DNA from: a virus
IMG/VR virus record: IMGVR_UViG_3300034069_000147
Span: 1-48,795 of that record
Reading direction: 5' to 3' (one strand)
Length of the DNA: 48,795 nt
Positions 17,540 to 26,331 of this stretch are shown piece after piece. Positions within the stretch are counted from its first letter, which is position 1, and every line of letters starts with the position of its first letter. Made by a program: the position numbers and the translations under genes. Under the pieces are notes generated by a model, which was not told the DNA's origin, did no database searches, and was given only the letters and a program-made list of their open reading frames with translations.

Positions 17540-19053
17540 ACTGTCAAAGTTACAGCCTTGGCGCCGATATCGTAAGCGACGCCTAGCAATCGAAAGAACC
17601 GACCAACTAGAGCAAATCGGTTAAGAGTTAGCGCAACACTTGCCATAAGGTAAAGCGGTTGCGAGGGCAAGGCATCTATTGGAACAACAAATTCGAAGAT
17701 ATCCCGACGAACTTTATATAGCGACAGCAATCTGGCGGCTTCATTAGCTGCGTCAGCTTTTGTTGTCAGCAACGTATTAACTTCGATAATATCAGCAGTT
17801 TGAAATTGAGTAGTTATCGACAAGTCGCTAGCTTGCTCAATTAGATATTGCTGTGACAAAATTGCACTTTGAGCGACGCCGACAGAGCCCGCCAAATCAT
17901 TGTTAGCCGGAGAATAGTTAAGATTATAGTTGACCTTTGCTGTCTTAACGGGAAGGTTGTTATCTTTGGCAGAACGACGCTCTATGCTTTTGATATCGTA
18001 TCTAGCAAAGATAAAGTTTGCCGAAGTGCTGGCAACAGTAAGAATGCCGACGCCTAAAACGCCGCTAGGCGAATAGACATAAAACATACCGATACTTCCG
18101 GCTATTTGATCCATGGCGTTAGTAAAAGTGGCGTCGCCTGTAATTGCTATGCCCACACTAGCAGGATTAGCCATGTCAACGGCCGCAAAGGAAGTATTGT
18201 CGATCGCGGAGCTTGGGACGCCAGCTAGTAGCGCCAAAGTTTTTAGAATGGCCGACGCTGTGCGATTGGCCGGAGCCGCGCCTTGCACTACGTCGACGGT
18301 TATCTTGCCGGCCGGAGCCGAGCTTAGACGGAAATAGCCTTCAGCTAAGCAAGTAATATAGCTCCCGCCCATCATGCCCAAGCTAGCCACCGCTTGCATT
18401 TGAGCCGATGTTGCATAATCGCCAGCATTGTTAAGAACAACGCCTCGATCCTTAACAACGATGCTGACAACAGCCCCGTCGTTTACTTGATAAGTTAGCT
18501 TAGACGAATTGACGAGATCGGGCGCATAATTGAACACCGAGCCAAATAATTTAGCTTTTGGCTTACCTTTTAGATCGTCGACACCTTCTAGACCGTTGGG
18601 TAGGACGTTATTGCCCAAGTAGAAGTTAGACAAAGCCGGAGCTTCGAATATAGATTGACGATCTTTTATTGTAATTACAACTTGTTCAAAGGTGACGCTG
18701 ATCGTCTCGACAACGCCAGACACGATTATGGGATAGTCGCCGGGATAAACCGAAGGATTGATTACAGAGGAACGAACAACGATGTTACGCCCCTCGAAGC
18801 TGTATCCAAGCCAAGCGTCATATTGGCCGTCTATATTCGTAAGTATGATTTCGCCTGAACTTTTAGCACTATTGCCCGTCGTCTGACTATCGGCGAAAAC
18901 AGACGTTTCGGTGGTTACGTCTTTAAGCGTAGGATCGAAAGAAATGTTGGCTGGATTGTCAATCGGCAGAGTTGTTAAGGGCGCATCGGAAAGGTAAAAC
19001 GTTTGTACGTTTCCGATGGCGTCAACGCCGGCTTGAAGCTCTACTGCTATCAC
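17530..19053 (-). CDS. Distal tail / tail tip protein, 507 aa (first gene after the tape measure)
   Basis: GTG 19053 overlaps the tape-measure stop (GTGA). The call is positional. Confidence 0.65.
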   Translation of the reverse strand: MIAVELQAGVDAIGNVQTFYLSDAPLTTLPIDNPANISFDPTLKDVTTETSVFADSQTTGNSAKSSGEIILTNIDGQYDAWLGYSFEGRNIVVRSSVINPSVYPGDYPIIVSGVVETISVTFEQVVITIKDRQSIFEAPALSNFYLGNNVLPNGLEGVDDLKGKPKAKLFGSVFNYAPDLVNSSKLTYQVNDGAVVSIVVKDRGVVLNNAGDYATSAQMQAVASLGMMGGSYITCLAEGYFRLSSAPAGKITVDVVQGAAPANRTASAILKTLALLAGVPSSAIDNTSFAAVDMANPASVGIAITGDATFTNAMDQIAGSIGMFYVYSPSGVLGVGILTVASTSANFIFARYDIKSIERRSAKDNNLPVKTAKVNYNLNYSPANNDLAGSVGVAQSAILSQQYLIEQASDLSITTQFQTADIIEVNTLLTTKADAANEAARLLSLYKVRRDIFEFVVPIDALPSQPLYLMASVALTLNRFALVGRFFRLLGVAYDIGAKAVTLTVWG

Positions 19054-22000
19054 GACGCAACCCTAGCAGCGCGAGCAACGGCCTTCAACTGGCCTCTAAT
19101 GTCTTCAAAGCCTTGCGCGCTCTTTTCGGAGATAGCGCCTTGTTGCCGAATTTGAGCGTCAAGCTTATTCGATATTTGTTCAAGTAGTTCGGCAATTCGC
19201 TCGTTGCCATTGTCGTCTTGCTCCGCCTTGTGAGCGCGAACGCCAAGCCCTTCGGGACCATGCACAAGCGGCATGATGGCTTCGTGGCCGGCTTCGCCCA
19301 TAAGCCCCATGTTAAACAACGTCGGTTGCGAGACGACGCCGTTAGAGAACACGCCACCTTGCGCGAACGTGGCCAGCCCAAGAGACTTAGCGATCGAAGC
19401 CGCCGATCCCGTGGGCATTCCCCATTGTGCATCAATGAAGAATAAGTGCGTTCCGGCCGCTTTCTGTGAGTTATACTCTTTCATAAAAAGATCGGTATGC
19501 TTAGCAAAATAGCTAGCATAATCGCCATGCGAACGATTTCCGTTGGCGGCTTCAGATTGTCCGTAAGCCAAAGTTTGCTTATACGCTTGGCTATCCATTC
19601 CAAACGGATCGGTTGGGGTTGCCGAGACAGTCGGCGTGACCGGAGCCGACGCGGTTTGATTGGCATTATTCAAAGCTTGCGCGATTTGATCCGACGCCGC
19701 CTTAGAGGCTGCGGCGGCTTGCGCGGCAGCATTCAAAGCATAGTTGGCTTGTGCGGCGGCTGCGGCTGTAGCGGCGGCTTGGGCTTGGGCAAGAGCAACA
19801 GTGGCCGTCTTTAGATCGTCTATGGCATCGCCGACCGACAAAACGCTATCGTTAACAGTCATTAGACCGTCAACTTGTTGATCGAGTTTAGCTTGCGCCG
19901 CCGCCGCATCGGAAGCCGCTTGCGCTGCCGCCGCCTTAGCTACGTCGCTAGCCTCGATTGCCGCTTGCACAGCCGTAATAGCATCGCCAAGACTAACGAC
20001 ATTATCGTTAGTATCGAGCAAACCGGCGACTTGTTGATTAAGCAAGTCAATTTGAGTTTGCGCCTGATCGGCCGCCGCTTCGGCGGTTTGCAAATTGGTT
20101 ATACCGTCGTTTATTGAAACCGTAGTTTCGTCCAAATCGACAAAGTTTCCAACAAGCGTTTTCAGTTGGTTTAGTTGATCCTGTGCAACGTCAACTTGCT
20201 TTTCGGTTCCGGTTATAACTCCGTCAACTGCGGTTTTGACAGTCTTCAAATCATCGAAGTAACCCGAACCCGATGCGTTGTAATCCTTAGAAGCCGAAAG
20301 CAAAGCTTCGCCGGCCGACTGAAGGTTGCCAATCGCATCTTCATCGCCAGTACCAGCGCGAGCCGAGATATCGGCAAAATCCTTCTTCGCTTTATTGTAA
20401 GCATCTTCTGGCGAAAGAAGTGAATGCTCCGTGTCATCAAGCGATGATCTGAAATCCTTAAGCGACGATATAAAACCGTTCATCTTGTCTATAGACGCGC
20501 TCAAAGCGCCGGCTTCATTAGCATAGCTAGCCGACAAATCAGACCTAGCTTTTTCAACTGCGCTAGTAGCCGTTGAAAGATTAGCTTGCGCGTCAGACAA
20601 AACTTTGTTGTAGGAAGTTTGAAGAGTGGAGCGAGCTTTATCAAGATTTTGACTAGCCGCATCCGCCGCTTTGTTAGCAGCATCTAGTGCCGCTGCAATA
20701 ACAGCCTTTGCAGTATTGTAAGAACTTTGCAAAGCCGTTTGTGCATTCTTTACCGTGTCGGTCGCTGTCTTTACAGCACTATTGGCCGTATCCACAGCGT
20801 CGCTAAAAGCTTTTGCCATTGTGTCGGCGGCGTCGGAAGCGTCATCGGCTACTTTGGCGAAAGCCGGAGCTACGGCCATAAGCTTAGTGTAAAGCTCCGC
20901 CCCGGCTTCGGTCGAAACGTCGAGCCCTTGCACAAGGTTCTTAAATTGATCCTTTGTCGTAACGGCCGAAAGCCCAAGCGACGCCATTTGATCGGCAACG
21001 GCCTTTTGAACCGGCGCCAATTGCTCGGCTTCGGAAAGGAAGTTGTCGTGGAAGAACGACGCTTGATCGGTGAAGTCGTCGAGCGATCCCGCCAGTTGCA
21101 CAAGCCTATCGCGAGCGCCTACAGACGATATGCCCACACTATCGAACGTTTTGCCGATCGACTTCATCGTTGTATCAACGACTTGATATTCGCGACCAAG
21201 ACGAACAAGCGTCTCCATCGCCCCTTCGCCAGCCTTTTGAAATTGGCTAACGTCAGAGAAGACGAACGCGGCCATTTGATCGCCGACTTTGCTAAAGACT
21301 TGCTCTAATGTCGTCTGAATTTCTTCGGCCGACATGCCCTTAAGGCTTATCTTGCCAATATTGATTTGGAAAGCGTCAAGCATGGCGTCGGCACCGCTTA
21401 CGCCAAGCGTCTTCGATGCGGCAACGATGCTGTCACGAAGGCCGCCGACGACTAGGCCAACAGCGTCCGACAAGTCATCGGAAATGCCGCTAGTCGAAGT
21501 GCTGTCTTTGACCTTCGTTCCCCCGCCAATGCCAAGGAAGCCTTTCTTCGTCTTTGTCGTCTCGACAGTCTGATAGGACGAACCGCCGATCCCATTGGCG
21601 ATGATATCGGCAACCGACGCCGGATCGAGCGTTAAACCGGCGTCCTTAAGTTCCTTTGTTGTCGTCGAGCCGCCGATAAGGCCAAGCAAGCCGCCCTTGG
21701 ACGTGGTGCCAAGGTTAAGGTTCGACGTGTCGAGCGCGCCACCGGGAAGCGACAGTTCCTTCGCCACCGACGACGTAAGCGAGCCGATGTTTAGATCGAT
21801 GTTCTTCAGATAGCGCACCATATCGTTCGAGAATTCCAAATCCTTATTGGAGTTGGCTTCGACGATTTCGAGCGAATGGGCGATGCTATCCGACTTGGCG
21901 CTGGCGTCGCCTAGGACCGTGCCCGTCCCTTGCACCTTTTGCGCGTCGTCGGCCGACTGTGCGGAGCCCGTCTTAGCAGCCCCTCCGCCCCCGCCCCCGG

Positions 22001-25000
22001 CGATCGACAAGCCGACGCTCGCCAATAGGGCTAGGACGGCCGCTCCGGCCGCTATGTTGGCCGGGAAGGGCAACGAGGCGATCGTCTTGGCGAAGGCCGC
22101 TATGCCGTCCGCTAGGCCCCTCGCGCCGCTATTGGCGACGCTCGATGCCGTCTCCGCCGCGTCCGCCCCCATGCGCGCCCCGGCGCCCGCAACCTTCGTT
22201 GTCGTCAATACGCCTTCGCGGACGATTTCAACCGCCAGCATAGCCATTCGAGCAAGGTTATACGCCTTTTCAACGGCGCCTAGAAGCTTATAGCCGGTGG
22301 ATTGCTTAGAAAACATATTCTTAGAAGCATCGATAATGCTTCCAGTTGTGTTAAGCGTACTCTCCAAAGTTTGCTTATCGTAATGGCTTTTAGCTTCGGC
22401 CAAACGCTTTTCACTTTCGGCCGATCCATCCCCGTACTTAACGCGAGCAGCTTCCATTTCTGTCAAAAGATCGTTATGCTTTTGCGCTCCTTCAACAATG
22501 CCACTTAGGACATTACCAATAGACGTTCCGGCTTTACCAAAACTATCGGCTAGACCGGCGCCAACATCGCTAGCAACTCCGCCAATATCTTTAAGATGAT
22601 TTGCCGTATCGCTCAAACTATCGTTATAAGCGTTTTGACTTTCGGTCAAATGTTCGGTAGCTGCGGCTTCGTCCACCTTACTCTTGACGTAAGCGGCTTG
22701 TTCTTCGGGCGTGCCGGCATTTGTGCCCATGTCGCGCAAGTGTTGCTCGGCCGTCATTTGAGCAATAGCGATTGCACGCTGATAGTTAGTCTCGCCAATA
22801 AGCGCGAGTTGCTTTTCAGCAAACGAAACTTGATCGTTTGCCTTAGACGTATCAGTAGCGAGCGCCAACGAAGCTTGCGATTTGGCTTCATCCGCCAATG
22901 CCGTCTTCACGCGACCAATGGCTGCCGCTAGCCGATCGTGAGCATCCCCGCTTGTCGCTGCTAGCACTTGTTGCATGGGCAACAGCGTTAGCGTGTCGGA
23001 AAGTGTCTTGTTGGCGTCAGCTTGCGACAGACGGCCTTCAGCGACGGCTTGCGCCACATCGCGGGTAGCTTTAGCGCGATCTTCTTCCGTGTTGATCGTA
23101 TTGTTGACGGAGCCAATATATTTTTCAACCGCAAGTGCAAGCTGAAGCGTTTGTTCCTTTTCGGCTTGGGCCGCCGAAAATTTCTTACCGGCCATTTCAA
23201 GCGCGGCAGCACGCGAGGCGTTAGCAACTAGCTCCGCGCCAGCCCCGTTTAGGATTGCGTCGTTAAGCTCGCGCTGTGCCGTAACATTAGCGTCGAGCTT
23301 GGCCAAACCTTCGGTGATTGCTTTTTGACCATCATCATGGGCTTTGACATACTTGTCGGCTACCTTGTTATAGGCATCGGTCGCCGCCGTCTCGCGCTCC
23401 GTTTGTGTAAGAACTTGCGTTCCAAGCTGAAGCGCCGTTATCTGACGTTGTGCCGCCGCTTTTTCGGTTTGGGTTTTGGCGCTGGCCAACTTAGCTTGTG
23501 CGACTGCTACCAAATGCCCACGCTCTTGCGTTGTGATAAGATGGCCGGTCGCGTCACGATTGGCGTTGATCGTGTCAGTAAGAGCGGTGAAATCGTGGGA
23601 CATTTGCTGACGTTGGCCGGCGTCAAGCTGACCAGAGGTATGGAGCGCATCATAAAGAATTTTGCGCTTGGCCAATAGATCGTTGTATTCCTTAGCGCCG
23701 GACGTATTAAGCCCTTCGCTTACAGCAACGCCGGCATTGGCATCTTGCGCCGCTTTCTTAGATGCGTTTTGACGATTAGCCGCGTCTTGAGCGTCCGCGT
23801 TGCCAGTGCTAAGCAAACCGCCAATCGTATCGCCAAACTTGTTTTTAGCCCAACGATCATAAGCCGCCAGTGCATCGTTGATTACGTTGGGAAGCGAAGC
23901 AAACCAATTGTAAACAGAGCTAAGCCTTGCCTCCAAAGCGTGCATTACGCCTATCGTCGTCGTCAACGAATGCGTATGCTCGTTATATTTTTCGGAAAGA
24001 GCGGCCGTCACAATAGCTTGAGCTTGCTCCGCGTCACCTTGCGCTTGCAGTTGTGCAACGTGGGCAACTTCGGCGGCAGTTAGCGTGCCAAGCTTATCTG
24101 AAACGTCGAGTGCCGCTTTCGCAGGATCGGCAAGCATAGTGGCGAACATTTTAGCCGCGTCAGCGGCGTCGGTCCCGGTGGCCTTGGCATAAGCCGTTGT
24201 TACGTCTGTAAGCTTGGCAATAGTATCGTTGCCAGAAATGCCAGCTTGAACAAACGTGTTAATGCTATTTTGAGCATTTGCGAACGAACCGTTAGCCGAA
24301 CGCGCAATTTGCTCTAAGCCGCGCGCCGTCGATCCGCTCGTTTCGGTCAAACCGTTTAGGCTTTTGTTAAAACCGGCAACCGCGTCTTCGGAGCTACCGA
24401 AAAATTTGATAATAGCAACGCTACCGACCGCTAAAGCGGCTAGGGCAATATTTGTCGGCGTAATGAACTTAAGAAGTGTTTGAAAGCCTTTGACGGCCCA
24501 AGACAGAATATCGGAACCCATTTGCTTAAAAGCCGCCGCCGCACCGACGCCACGGTTCTTCGCTTGCTCTAGAACGTCATAAACTTGCGGCCCTTGTTGA
24601 ACTAGAACCATAAGCGGGTTCATGCCCATTGCGAGCGTGACGCCAACGTCTTGAAACTGACGCGACAAGTTCAACGTCTCATTAGCCGTGAATCGCTGTG
24701 CCGCGCCGGCACCTTGCAAGGCCGCGTTGTATTCGGTTTGTTTGGCAACAAGCTCCGCCGAACGCTTGCCTAGAACAAGCTCGGCTTGTGCCATTAGATC
24801 GGCATTGATCGCGCCCTCTTTGAATAGCTGGCGAGCTTCAACAAGCTCCGCGTTGGCCTTATCAGCGGCGGCGGAGAAAGGTTGAACGGAGCCGGTAAGC
24901 TTCGCAATCTTCGCCGCCAGTTCATTGGCCGGAGCGGCTGCTAGTGCCGCCTCTAACGTTTTAACGCGACCAGCCAACGTTTGAACCGCACCTTGCGACG

Positions 25001-25409
25001 TGGCCAATTCCTTCGACATAGCCGAAAGCGAAGCGCGAAGCGCATTAGTGGTTTCCGCCGCTTCAGCCGTTGCCTTGGCAACGGCTTGTTCGGCTGCGGC
25101 TTGCGCTGCGGCGGTAGCAGCGGCCTTTTGCTCGGCTTGAGCGAGGGCGTTGGTAGCGGTCGCGGCCCCGGTGGCGGCCGTCATGTTGGCCGTCATGGCG
25201 GTATTGTTGGCGATCGTCGCCGTTGTGTTTTCACGAATGGCTTGCAGTAGATCGCCACAAGTCTTGTTGAAGGCCGAAGTGGCGGAAGTAACCTTCTTCG
25301 CGCTCGCTTCGGCCTTCGCGCCAGTTTCGGCCATCTTGTCTAGGGCGGCATCGGCGGCTTTTACTTGGCCAGCGTCGACAGCCAACCCAAGAGTGGCAAT
25401 GTCCGTCAT
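19050..25409 (-). CDS. Tail tape measure protein, 2119 aa
   Basis: Very long Ala/Gln/Lys-rich coiled-coil ORF with hydrophobic Gly-rich segments. The C-terminal motif GGVFSNGVVSQPTLFNMGLMGEAGHEAIMPL is typical of siphophage tape measures. It lies directly downstream of the chaperone pair. Confidence 0.9.
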   Translation of the reverse strand: MTDIATLGLAVDAGQVKAADAALDKMAETGAKAEASAKKVTSATSAFNKTCGDLLQAIRENTTATIANNTAMTANMTAATGAATATNALAQAEQKAAATAAAQAAAEQAVAKATAEAAETTNALRASLSAMSKELATSQGAVQTLAGRVKTLEAALAAAPANELAAKIAKLTGSVQPFSAAADKANAELVEARQLFKEGAINADLMAQAELVLGKRSAELVAKQTEYNAALQGAGAAQRFTANETLNLSRQFQDVGVTLAMGMNPLMVLVQQGPQVYDVLEQAKNRGVGAAAAFKQMGSDILSWAVKGFQTLLKFITPTNIALAALAVGSVAIIKFFGSSEDAVAGFNKSLNGLTETSGSTARGLEQIARSANGSFANAQNSINTFVQAGISGNDTIAKLTDVTTAYAKATGTDAADAAKMFATMLADPAKAALDVSDKLGTLTAAEVAHVAQLQAQGDAEQAQAIVTAALSEKYNEHTHSLTTTIGVMHALEARLSSVYNWFASLPNVINDALAAYDRWAKNKFGDTIGGLLSTGNADAQDAANRQNASKKAAQDANAGVAVSEGLNTSGAKEYNDLLAKRKILYDALHTSGQLDAGQRQQMSHDFTALTDTINANRDATGHLITTQERGHLVAVAQAKLASAKTQTEKAAAQRQITALQLGTQVLTQTERETAATDAYNKVADKYVKAHDDGQKAITEGLAKLDANVTAQRELNDAILNGAGAELVANASRAAALEMAGKKFSAAQAEKEQTLQLALAVEKYIGSVNNTINTEEDRAKATRDVAQAVAEGRLSQADANKTLSDTLTLLPMQQVLAATSGDAHDRLAAAIGRVKTALADEAKSQASLALATDTSKANDQVSFAEKQLALIGETNYQRAIAIAQMTAEQHLRDMGTNAGTPEEQAAYVKSKVDEAAATEHLTESQNAYNDSLSDTANHLKDIGGVASDVGAGLADSFGKAGTSIGNVLSGIVEGAQKHNDLLTEMEAARVKYGDGSAESEKRLAEAKSHYDKQTLESTLNTTGSIIDASKNMFSKQSTGYKLLGAVEKAYNLARMAMLAVEIVREGVLTTTKVAGAGARMGADAAETASSVANSGARGLADGIAAFAKTIASLPFPANIAAGAAVLALLASVGLSIAGGGGGGAAKTGSAQSADDAQKVQGTGTVLGDASAKSDSIAHSLEIVEANSNKDLEFSNDMVRYLKNIDLNIGSLTSSVAKELSLPGGALDTSNLNLGTTSKGGLLGLIGGSTTTKELKDAGLTLDPASVADIIANGIGGSSYQTVETTKTKKGFLGIGGGTKVKDSTSTSGISDDLSDAVGLVVGGLRDSIVAASKTLGVSGADAMLDAFQINIGKISLKGMSAEEIQTTLEQVFSKVGDQMAAFVFSDVSQFQKAGEGAMETLVRLGREYQVVDTTMKSIGKTFDSVGISSVGARDRLVQLAGSLDDFTDQASFFHDNFLSEAEQLAPVQKAVADQMASLGLSAVTTKDQFKNLVQGLDVSTEAGAELYTKLMAVAPAFAKVADDASDAADTMAKAFSDAVDTANSAVKTATDTVKNAQTALQSSYNTAKAVIAAALDAANKAADAASQNLDKARSTLQTSYNKVLSDAQANLSTATSAVEKARSDLSASYANEAGALSASIDKMNGFISSLKDFRSSLDDTEHSLLSPEDAYNKAKKDFADISARAGTGDEDAIGNLQSAGEALLSASKDYNASGSGYFDDLKTVKTAVDGVITGTEKQVDVAQDQLNQLKTLVGNFVDLDETTVSINDGITNLQTAEAAADQAQTQIDLLNQQVAGLLDTNDNVVSLGDAITAVQAAIEASDVAKAAAAQAASDAAAAQAKLDQQVDGLMTVNDSVLSVGDAIDDLKTATVALAQAQAAATAAAAAQANYALNAAAQAAAASKAASDQIAQALNNANQTASAPVTPTVSATPTDPFGMDSQAYKQTLAYGQSEAANGNRSHGDYASYFAKHTDLFMKEYNSQKAAGTHLFFIDAQWGMPTGSAASIAKSLGLATFAQGGVFSNGVVSQPTLFNMGLMGEAGHEAIMPLVHGPEGLGVRAHKAEQDDNGNERIAELLEQISNKLDAQIRQQGAISEKSAQGFEDIRGQLKAVARAARVAS

Positions 25410-25412
25410 CTT

Positions 25413-25757
25413 TTATTTGCCCTTCGGCTTGACGCGAGACGCCAAATAAAGCGTATCGAGGCTAAATATCGCGTCAAGTTCCCAAGGGTCAAGTCTTATT
25501 CTGTAAAGCTCCGCCCAAGCCTTCACTTCGCTAGGAAGTAAAGGTTGCACCGCAAATCCATTATTATTGCGACGAGTGTTAAGCTTGCTGAAGTATGCCC
25601 ACAAATAGGCGGCTTGTTCTGGCATTTCCGGCTGATCGGCTAGTTCGTCGGGCATCCTGCCCGATTGCTCCCAAGCCGAAATCAAATGATCCTTCAGCGA
25701 CGTTCCATCTTCGCCCGGCGCGGTTAAGGCGAACTCCGCTTCCGCGAAGCTCGCCAA
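25413..25757 (-). CDS. Tail assembly chaperone, frameshift-extension (T-like) part
   Basis: The ORF is in the -1 frame relative to 25766..26248 and has no ATG (TTG only). It is probably expressed as a G-T fusion via slippage near 25775-25781. Confidence 0.65.
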   Translation of the reverse strand: MASFAEAEFALTAPGEDGTSLKDHLISAWEQSGRMPDELADQPEMPEQAAYLWAYFSKLNTRRNNNGFAVQPLLPSEVKAWAELYRIRLDPWELDAIFSLDTLYLASRVKPKGK

Positions 25758-25765
25758 ACCCGTCG

Positions 25766-26248
25766 TCAGGCCGACATAAAACGCTCAAGATCGCCAATGG
25801 CTTCGTCGACTTGACGCCTGATCCACAGTTGTTCGCGATAAAGCCGAAGCGCGTTCATGGCGTTGAACGTCAGCTTTTCGCCGTTGATGACGATATGCGG
25901 ATCGTTCGTCTTGACGACACGCTTGCCGTCTTCGGTGGCATAAGTTTCGGTGCGCCAGCCGTAGGTGCATACCGCGAGAAGTTCGACGGCCTTTTCCTCC
26001 GCCTGCGAAGCCGTTTGCGGCTCGACCGGCTTGCCCCGACGATTGGCCGCACTTTCGCGGCGAATGCGAGCGTCCACGTCATCACGCATATGCTGACGAA
26101 AGATATCGCTATCCTTGCCGAACACGCCGATGAAAACGCCAACCGGCTTTTGACTGACAGGGTGAAGAAGCTCGACTTCGGCGCCCTTATTGGCGGCGAC
26201 AGCGGTATCGAGCGCGCCCAAGTCGGTCGTTTCGTTGTTATCGCTCAT
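25766..26248 (-). CDS. Tail assembly chaperone (G-like), 160 aa
   Basis: Acidic protein located between the major tail protein region and the tape measure. It has a strong start context, AAGGAACCGGGCAATG. Confidence 0.7.
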   Translation of the reverse strand: MSDNNETTDLGALDTAVAANKGAEVELLHPVSQKPVGVFIGVFGKDSDIFRQHMRDDVDARIRRESAANRRGKPVEPQTASQAEEKAVELLAVCTYGWRTETYATEDGKRVVKTNDPHIVINGEKLTFNAMNALRLYREQLWIRRQVDEAIGDLERFMSA

Positions 26249-26266
26249 TGCCCGGTTCCTTATAGC

Positions 26267-26299
26267 AGAAAGGCGGCCCCCGGTTTAGGGACCGCCTTC
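26267..26299 (-). terminator. Rho-independent terminator after the SGNH esterase gene
   Basis: On the minus strand: AAGGCGGTCCCTAAACCGGGGGCCGCCTT stem followed by TCTGCT. Confidence 0.55.
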
Positions 26300-26331
26300 T
26301 ATTGCACGCCGCTAAGAGCGGAGCAAGCCGG

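Noticed and set aside
15744-19053. Looked for a diversity-generating retroelement (template/variable repeat pair plus reverse transcriptase) around the tail-fibre genes
   Set aside because: No reverse-transcriptase-like ORF exists anywhere in the genome, and I saw no near-identical repeat of the fibre 3' end.
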